Positions 59,771 to 64,000 of a stretch of 64,000 nt of DNA are shown here, one piece after another. The notes below the pieces were generated by a model that searched no databases, was not told where the DNA came from, and saw only the letters and a program-made list of their open reading frames with translations. The stretch comes from Paraspadella gotoi (taxonomy: Eukaryota; Animalia; Chaetognatha): assembly GCA_051294375.1 (NCBI GenBank), contig CM119271.1, positions 17,075,799 through 17,139,798 on the forward strand, in the 5' to 3' direction. Position numbers and translations under genes: made by a program. The stretch's first letter is position 1. Every line of letters starts with the position of its first letter.

Positions 59771-62640
59771 ATCATATACTCAGCTTCTCCCGGACGCAGC
59801 CGTCCACCGGAGCAGCGGCGCGCGGCTTCCGACCGACTCACTTCTCTTTCCGGGCTTCTTCCGCTCGCGATCGGGAAGATTTTCTCTCTCTCGATGGTGA
59901 GTCGGGGCTTCTGTCCGGTCGATGCTCCGAGCGGATGGGCCCGGATCTCTCTCTCTCTATCGCCTCTTTTCTCTTGCTTCTCTCTCTATCCGTGCTTTCT
60001 TCTCTCTATTTTCTCTTTTTTTTTTTTTAAATATAATATTTTTCATCCTCACCACTCTTTTATTGTCATCTTAGGCTATTTATTACAAATTAAACTAAAA
60101 TAAACATAAAACTTTAAAAAAAAATTCAAACTGTATAAATAATGTTTTTATGTATTCTTTGTTCGTGTTCGTTTCGGTTTATATTTAGTAGCGGTCAACC
60201 AAACTAGAAATACCCCATTTCTTTCATTTCATTTTCTTATTGTTATAATTTTTGACTTTGCCCTCTTTCTCTCTCCCTTTTATTTTCCGAGGCCAGATTT
60301 TAGTTGAAAGGGCAGTGATTTTCTAATCAAAGAATTCAGCAAAAAAACCCACTTTTGCGCATCATTTGCTAGAATATTACCAACAATATTGATTAAATTT
60401 GAATCCTAAGACAAAGAGGGCTGGACTACGGTATTAATTGAAGTCATCTGCTCATTTTTCGAATTCAGGAATTATAATACCATTTTTGCTTACTTTTAAT
60501 AAAAAAAATCATGTCCATTTTGTCCATTTTGACTCTTTGCCTGAGATTTGAAACATCAGAGATAGTGAAGCAAAAATTTTCTTACTCCGGAATTCGGGTA
60601 CTTCTTATCTTCTTTACCTCTTAAAGTTGATTCATTGATATTAATCAAAACTATTGTTGCCTATGAATTAAATTTTTAAATTGACTAGTCAAAAACTATA
60701 CATTTTTATATTTTATTACAATTTGTTAAACGAAAATACTTCAAGAATTTCCACAATTCTAATCCAAATATATCCCTATCAACAGTGCTTCTTGGTACCT
60801 AAAAAATTAGGGCAAAAAAATTTAATACATTTGCTTGCAAAAAAATTTTAAGGCCTATTTTTAAATTTGCTGAGGATTTGTGAGGAGCGTTTTATTTGAA
60901 CTAAAGCTCGCATTGTTGGACTTATTTTCATAGTTTTAATAGATTGAGAAACATACTAAAGTGAAAAATTAAAAAAACCGCCTGTCTTTTATTTGAAGCG
61001 GGAAGCCGTCAGTAAAATAAATTTCTTTCAATAGCGACAGGTTTTGCCCAGGAAAAAAATTTCCAATCTGTCGATTTTTTAAATCTGCTAGGCAAACCAA
61101 ACTGAATAAAATCATACGCTACCCAATATTTTTTTTATTAACAATACATTTTAAAGATTTTTTTATACATCCAGTTATTTATATAAATACAAAAACGAAG
61201 TGAGAATGCAGGAAAAAAGATAGAGAAGAGAGCAGCTATGCGGTGATAAAAAAGTTTCATGGAGAGAGCAAAAATAGTGGAAAGAAATTAAATTATGATG
61301 GGAGAAAGGGGGAGAACGAGAACAATTAAGAGAAAAGAAAAGAAAGAAAGAGCGGAAGAGAAAGAGAATCAGAGGAGGAGAGAGAAAAGCAGAGCATAGA
61401 GAGGAAGGAAAAATAAAGGTATAAAGGAAGAAAAGTAAAGGCGATGACACAGTAGAAATATGAGGACAGAAAAGTCGGAGAAAGAGGAGAGAAAGATAGA
61501 AGAGAAAGATCTGAGAAAAGAGAGGACAAGAGAGAAGGAGTTAAAAGAGAAAAAAAATGAGTGGAAAAAATAGAAAAAAGTTTAAAATTATAGATGTGCC
61601 GTTTTTTGCCTTAATATCTAATAAAACCCATAGATTTGAACGAGCAATTTAATCTTTAAAAAGTTGCCCTTACGATAAAAAAATCCTTTTAGTTTTTCAT
61701 CTTAATTCAGGGCAGATACCATAAATAGAATGCATACCGTATAAAGAAATTATGTCTTACCGTATTTTGAAAGCATAAGAAATTCTCTCCCATGATAGTC
61801 TATGTTATAAGGAGAAGATAACATAGCCAACCGTTTTTTTTAAATAAAAGCGATTGTTGTGATATTAATCAGTGGGAAAAAAGAAAATAATAAGTTATAT
61901 AAGTTTCAATTTCAGTTGTTGAAAATACCCAAATACAAGAAATCACGCCTGCAGACAATATTTTGGCGTCCATAGAAGCCTCATATTCCAAAAAACCGAT
62001 TATTTAACAATAATAGTTAGTTTTTGTAAAAATTAAATCTCTATATTTTTACTATAAGAAACGAGACATTTAACGTAAAAGTTTATCTCGATGCCAGTTA
62101 ATTCTTGTTATTGTAAATTTAGATAAATTTTTTCATCGCCAAAACAGTTGCTAAGTATTTTCAAAAAAGTAAATTTATTAAGGCAAAAAAAATAAAAACA
62201 TAGAAGGTTTCATTGACTTCTTGTAGAGTACAAAAAATTGGATCTTAAATTAATTATTTTCCATCTTTCTTTCTTTCAAAATTTCTTTCCTTCTTTTTTC
62301 TTTCTTTCTTTCCGAAATATCTTTTCTTCTTTCATAATTCTTGCTTAATTGTTCAAAAGACTCCCAGCTCCGCGCGAACCATGATCGATCCGCTCGGAGG
62401 CAGAGAAAGAGAATGGCACGGCGTGACGAGCGTAAGAGAGGAAAGAGTAAAGTTAGCCGCCTGCGCTCAGACCGGATCGACTTTGCCAGTTCGCGCGGAT
62501 CCGGGAGATAAGAGAAGGAAGAGAAAGAGGAGTAAGATGAGCGAGCGAAGTAAGTCGAAGGCAAGGAGCAGCCGCTCGGCCGACCGCAGCGGCTGCTCCC
62601 AGGACGCTGCGCTGATACGAGGCTTCTGAGTATAGTCCAT
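59771..62640. mobile_element. 2.87-kb TIR element, copy 2 (direct tandem)
   Basis: Collinear with copy 1 along its length, differing mainly by indels. Followed by (GA)n. Confidence 0.7.
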
Positions 62641-62865
62641 GAGAGAGAGCAGAAAAGAGCGAGACGAGGAAAGAGATGAGAGAAAGAGANNNNNNNNNNN
62701 NNNNNNNNNNNNNNTCTCTCTCTCTCTCTCTCTCTCTCTCACGCTCACGCTCACGCAAAACCCGTATGCGGTCGAGTTTCCAAACTCATTTAGGTCAACT
62801 TCGAGGTCAAATTTTCTGATCAGGATCGAGACGGAAAGAGAAAAAAAATTTTGAAGGCGAAAGAA

Positions 62866-63753
62866 AAAAGCAGAAATGTAATTCGAATGAGTTGCGCCGC
62901 ATTGACTTTCACTTGGTGATAAAATGATTACTGTCTCTCTCAAACGTTTTATGTTCTTAATTGTATTTGACCGGCCTTTTATCTTTTATCTTTTATCTTT
63001 TATCTTTTATCTTTTATCTTTTATCTTTTATCTTTTATCTTTTATCTTTTATCTTTTATCTTTTATCACCGTCGTCGATAAGAAACATTTCTTTAGTTGT
63101 CCGTCCTAATAACAGTTTTAAAGGAATCTTTTATAGACATTATTTGGAAAATAAACGTCTGAATATATCTCTTGTTTTTTTCTTCAAAATCTGTCTCGAC
63201 ATTGAGCTAAAAATTCAGATTTTTTATCCACGAAGATTCGATGTTGAACCACGCGGACCGGGCGACAAGCTTTAACGCGCGAATTTTTGGTCGTGAAGAA
63301 GAAACTTCTTCACAATTTCCTTGATTGTTTGATATGCACTGAATAAGAATTCCGTCCGTTATTAATTATACGATTTATATCATTGTGATTAAACTTTCTT
63401 TTACTGATAAAGGCTTGAATGAAAGCCAAAACTTGTCTGTACCATAAAAATAAAATCGTTCATGTATCAAGACTTCTTTAATCTCAAATGATTTATGTCA
63501 TTTAAGTAAGTAGCCTTTTAAATTCCGTATCAGCAAAAATGATAAAAAAGAAATAAAAATTTCAATATTAAGTTACAATAGGACTTAATAAAAACTAAAT
63601 TGATGAAGTATTACCTGAATTATAAGCATTTTTAACATTAAAGGGATAGACCGATGATGTGTCCAACAGATGATGTAACCAACAGACTTATCAACAGACA
63701 TACCGACCGACTGACCAAAAAGTGACTTGCTGAGTTGCTTCTGGGCGCAACTA
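62866..63753 (-). mobile_element. HINE-like element carrying (ATCTTT)n and a decayed hammerhead
   Basis: Minus start TAGTTGCGCCCAGAAGCAACTCAGCAAGTCACTTTTTGGTCAGTCGGTCGGTATGTCTG. The 3' end AGTCAATGCGGCGCAACTCATTCGAATTAC matches 21487-21516. Confidence 0.6.
63402..63441 (+). ncRNA. Degenerate hammerhead motif, copy 3 (G8 and G12 changed to A, likely inactive)
   Basis: TA CTGATAA AGGCTT GAATGA AAGCC AAAAC TTGTC TGTA, then AAAATAAAATCGTT as in copy 2. Confidence 0.55.
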
Positions 63754-63767
63754 AAAAAAGATTTACT

Positions 63768-63981
63768 GTTTTTGCGATTCGATGCACGTGAAGGGAACAT
63801 TTGTTGAAGGAGAGGGGGAAAATCGTGTCGGTGTTGTTGTTGTTGTCTTTGTTGTTGTTTTAGTTGTTCTTATATTTGTGGATCCTGTTGTTGTTGTCGA
63901 TGTTGTCGTCGTCGTCTCATCACAGATCGTTGCTTCTTTTTGCTTGTGAATGTAGATGGCGTTCGGAGAGTAGGATTTCAT
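63768..63981 (-). other. Candidate Thr-rich exon
   Basis: ORF MKSYSPNAIYIHKQKEATICDETTT...PFTCIESQK ends at a possible donor CA|GTAAAT. It is partly microsatellite-derived. Confidence 0.2.
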
Positions 63982-64000
63982 TTCTCACTCCTTATCCGTG

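Overview
Eukaryotic, AT-rich and microsatellite-saturated DNA, probably from an invertebrate animal (TTAGGG-type repeats, a metazoan-like tRNA-Glu). It looks intergenic or intronic. I can support no complete protein-coding gene: almost all ORFs in the track are translations of (GA)n, (CTTT)n, (GAC)n tracts or N gaps. The assembly is a mosaic of clean sequence and indel-rich long-read-like fill, with eleven gaps of exactly 25 N, several next to noisy duplicate copies, so some duplications are probably artefacts. Supported structure: (1) three minimal type I hammerhead-ribozyme motifs of the Penelope/retrozyme kind (10120, 46031, 63402), plus a 172-bp palindrome built on the 3' half of the same motif (21601); (2) Helentron/HINE-like elements whose terminal hairpin keeps its structure but not its sequence; (3) a 4.2-kb foldback-like element with ~1.5-kb nested inverted arms; (4) a head-to-tail dimer of a 2.86-kb TIR element inserted in (GA)n; (5) two tRNA-derived SINE families and one error-laden tRNA-Glu; (6) a ~480-bp tandem array, several minisatellites and telomere-like arrays. 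All alignments were done by eye and boundaries are approximate.
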